A DNA stretch of 63,969 nucleotides, counting the filler, from Rhabdomonas costata (Eukaryota): NCBI GenBank assembly GCA_019059605.1. It is 46 parts of 46 records of this genome, joined end to end, with 100 filler letters (N's around TTAATTAATTAA, not from the genome) between each part and the next. Parts side by side here need not be neighbours in the genome. Positions count along the whole stretch, not along the records: positions 61,286 to 62,577 come from JAHMHO010020407.1; positions 62,678 to 63,969 come from JAHMHO010020408.1; 44 more parts are not named here. The stretch is one strand, 5' to 3'. Position numbers and translations under genes: made by a program. The notes beneath the pieces are model-generated. The model did not search any database. It was not told the DNA's origin and saw only the letters and a list, made by a program, of their open reading frames with translations. The stretch's first letter is position 1. Each line of letters begins with the position of its first letter. Shown here piece after piece: positions 61,351 to 63,969 of the stretch.

Positions 61351-62420
61351 CTTTTCCTTGAGGAGCTCGGCCTCAGAGCGAAACTCTGTATGCAGCCTTG
61401 CGAGGTACTTCTTGTGCTGCTTGGCCTCCTCTGTGGCCTCGGTATCCTTCTCTGGGCCGATGTTCCTCACAAACTCCTCTGGGCAGCGCACACATGCGCA
61501 ACGGGGACACTTCTAATCTTAACACTTCCGGTGCTCCCAACCGAGAACAAGCCCAATCTCAGGTAATAGGGGATGTGAGTGTGAATATGTATGAGGGACA
61601 TTGCATCATCCAACCCGGGGGTGCAATCAGTCGCAACACCCACAGTTCGTTAGATTTCGGCCGTCTCAATGATAGCTTCGCACAGAGGGATGCAGCACGC
61701 CAGCCCACAAACACATCAATACATAAAATTATACAAGGCATGGCAGGGGATGGGGCAATACCTTGAATCACCGAGCGGAGGTCTGCAACAGTGAGGCCGT
61801 TGAGCTTCAGCTGTGCCTCGGCTCTTTCGAGAATCTATTCGTAAATTCGCGTGTATTTATGTACAGATGCGTGACGGTGAATTCGCTGAAAAAGGCTGCA
61901 AAGTGACGCGGGGCATGCAGTGAACAAACCATTATCCAGGAAAGGGAGTGACATGGAAAGCAGACAGAATGTGTGCCTACAATGGGGTGCAAACGGAAGC
62001 AAGGGAATTGCGCGAGCTTCAAGAAGAATACCTGAATGGGTGCAAGGCAGCTGACACAAGAAGAGGTGGTAGAAAAGGGGGATGGGGAGAATGGAAGGGA
62101 GGACAAGGTGTTGAAATGCGTTCTAACATTTTCAACAATCGCACAGACATTTTTTTCATGCTGCATATATTAATGACACAATTAGATGAGTTGTAAGCTT
62201 AGTCTAAGAATCTCTGAGAGAGAAAAGAACATTACAGGCACACGGTGCACACTTTGCGGCTTCGGGAACACACGGAGGCCAGCACAGCAGCGATGAGCTG
62301 GATCTCGTACAGGCCCTGGCTGAGCCGCTCCACAAAGAGCTCCTCGGGGTCCATCTCCCGCTCCGGGTCCAGGTAGCTCATCGGCCTCACCACGGCCGCC
62401 CTGGCGTCAAAGCTCTTTAG
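61351..62420 (-). CDS. CTNNBL1: Beta-catenin-like protein 1 (Prp19 complex), exons 62420-62253, 61834-61762, 61478-61351
   Basis: EELFVERLSQGLYEIQLIAAVLASVC|ILERAEAQLKLNGLTVADLRSVIQE|EFVRNIG parallels EEFYLRRLDAGLF...EYAENIG; phases are consistent. Confidence 0.85.
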
Positions 62421-63969
62421 CTGCGGGCCCACGGCACAGGTAAGTCTCATCGTAGAGAGGCGTTTTCGCAAAGCGCGGGTGTCACATCCGCAAATTTCCG
62501 TTCCCATGTTAATATTGCCCGCTTCACGTCAAAACTCAGAGGTGGGAAAAATTTCCGAAATATCCCCAAAAACCCACNNNNNNNNNNNNNNNNNNNNNNN
62601 NNNNNNNNNNNNNNNNNNNNNTTAATTAATTAANNNNNNNNNNNNNNNNNNNNNNNNNNNNNNNNNNNNNNNNNNNNGTGGTGGGGGAAGCAGAATGGGT
62701 GAGGGGAATGCGGGATGGGATCACCTGATCAAACGTGTGCCCCAAGGCAATCCCATCCCGCATTCCCCTCACCCATTCTGCTTCCCCCGCAAGCAAGCGT
62801 ACAGGGAGGGAGTGCACCCATGGCCGCACACCCCACCCAATCATTTTGAAAGAACCCATCGCGGCCGACCAGTGAAAAGCGTCCGGGGCAGTGATACCAA
62901 TTGGAGCCCAATAACTCATACGCTGTTCACCCAAAGGCTCATTTACAAAAGAGAAAGAACCCACCCCCACACATTCCTTCTCTATCTCTCACATACATAC
63001 CGTACACACAGACAACAGAGAAAAGTGAGAGAGGTATTGATTACTTGGAGACCAACTTGATCGTGGAATGTCCAGCAGGTCACACAGGCACAAACCAACT
63101 CCCACTCCGCTCGGACAAAGTAACCACACCACAGAAGGCCGCCTGTTTTTTTTTTTTTGCACTTTTGCCAACGTCGCCAACGCCATCGCCAACGTCGATT
63201 GCGTTTCTTGCAGGGTTTCTCCTTCAGGCGGCGAAACCCTGCAGCCTTCCCATGGGCTGTTCCGGTACCAGAAGCACCCCTCGGGCGTGGGCCGGAGAGT
63301 GCTCCCGCAGCTGTCGCAGCAGGGCTGCCGCGACGCACAGCGGGGGCAGCTCTCCCTCCAGGGCAGTGGGTGAGCACCCTCCCTCCCCCAGTGAGCACCG
63401 CCGGGAGCCTGCCCCGCGGTGCGTGGGGAGGGCTTCAGGGCCAGTTTTGGTGCCAAGCCCTGCACAAGAACAAGCCAAGGCTCCCTTGCATCGATGCTGT
63501 GGAGAACGCCCGTTTGCTTCTGTGTTGCAAGAGAGTGTTTAAAAAAAGAGCGCGGCTGCAAGAAGATCCAGGAAAAGCAAAACCAAGAGAAAGACACGGG
63601 ACTTGTCACCAACCAGAATGAAAGCAAACTCAGGCATGGCACGTTGCCCAGAACACGGTGGGTTTTTTATTTTGCAGTGATTTGATAAAGGATGCAATCG
63701 GAACACCAGATCGACTGCTGAAGTCACCAATGGGCAGTTGTTTTGCTCGATAGTGACTTCGGGGCAGCAACTTCTTGACCTGGCAGTTACGACTGCAGTA
63801 CTTATCTGGCCCCCACTCCTCTGCCAGCTTTCAATCCTGGACTGTAGAAAAGCAACAAAGCACTGTGGGTACGGGGAGGAAAGGCGAATGGGTAATTTTG
63901 TGTGGGTGGCAGTGGTGAAGTTCGCTTGTCTGGGTGGCACAGCAAGCCAGATCAGGTTTCAAACCCAAC

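Noticed and set aside
1295..62677. Regularly spaced TTAATTAATTAA as a CRISPR-like array, and gene neighbourhoods across spacers
   Set aside because: Synthetic linkers joining similar-length contigs; no operon or synteny inference is valid.
62683..62788. ~39-bp inverted repeat
   Set aside because: At the contig start after a G/T remnant; artefact pattern.
1..63969. tRNA, rRNA, spliced-leader RNA genes and telomeric arrays
   Set aside because: None recognised by eye; tRNAscan-SE or Infernal would be needed to exclude them.

Overview
This is not a continuous locus. It is 46 unrelated contigs of about 1.29 kb joined by artificial 100-nt spacers (N44-TTAATTAATTAA-N44), so adjacency across spacers means nothing. 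G/T-only contig starts, A/C-only ends and terminal fold-backs point to whole-genome amplification, probably from a single cell. The DNA is an intron-rich eukaryotic nuclear genome, most likely a euglenid (inferred from an articulin-type VPV protein, a kinetoplastid-type class III cyclase domain, an IAG-type nucleoside hydrolase, WS/DGAT and GC-AG introns). Recognisable fragments include PRP8, CTNNBL1, an SBDS-like protein, a Pol theta/HELQ helicase, a PDR-type ABCG, a TFIIS central domain, a qRRM, a Pkr1-like protein, a vWA protein, a tandem CbbX-like AAA+ protein, two R-S-E ADP-ribosyltransferases, two decayed Ty3/gypsy fragments, an RLE non-LTR fragment and small inverted-repeat elements. 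The best leads are GC-AG introns with paired ends, a D/D docking domain spliced to a sterol-glucosyltransferase start, the ART pair, a dUTPase between protease and RT, a 1168-bp circular or tandem unit, and a dispersed TIR element starting with a splice donor. All calls come from manual motif recognition; no searches were run.
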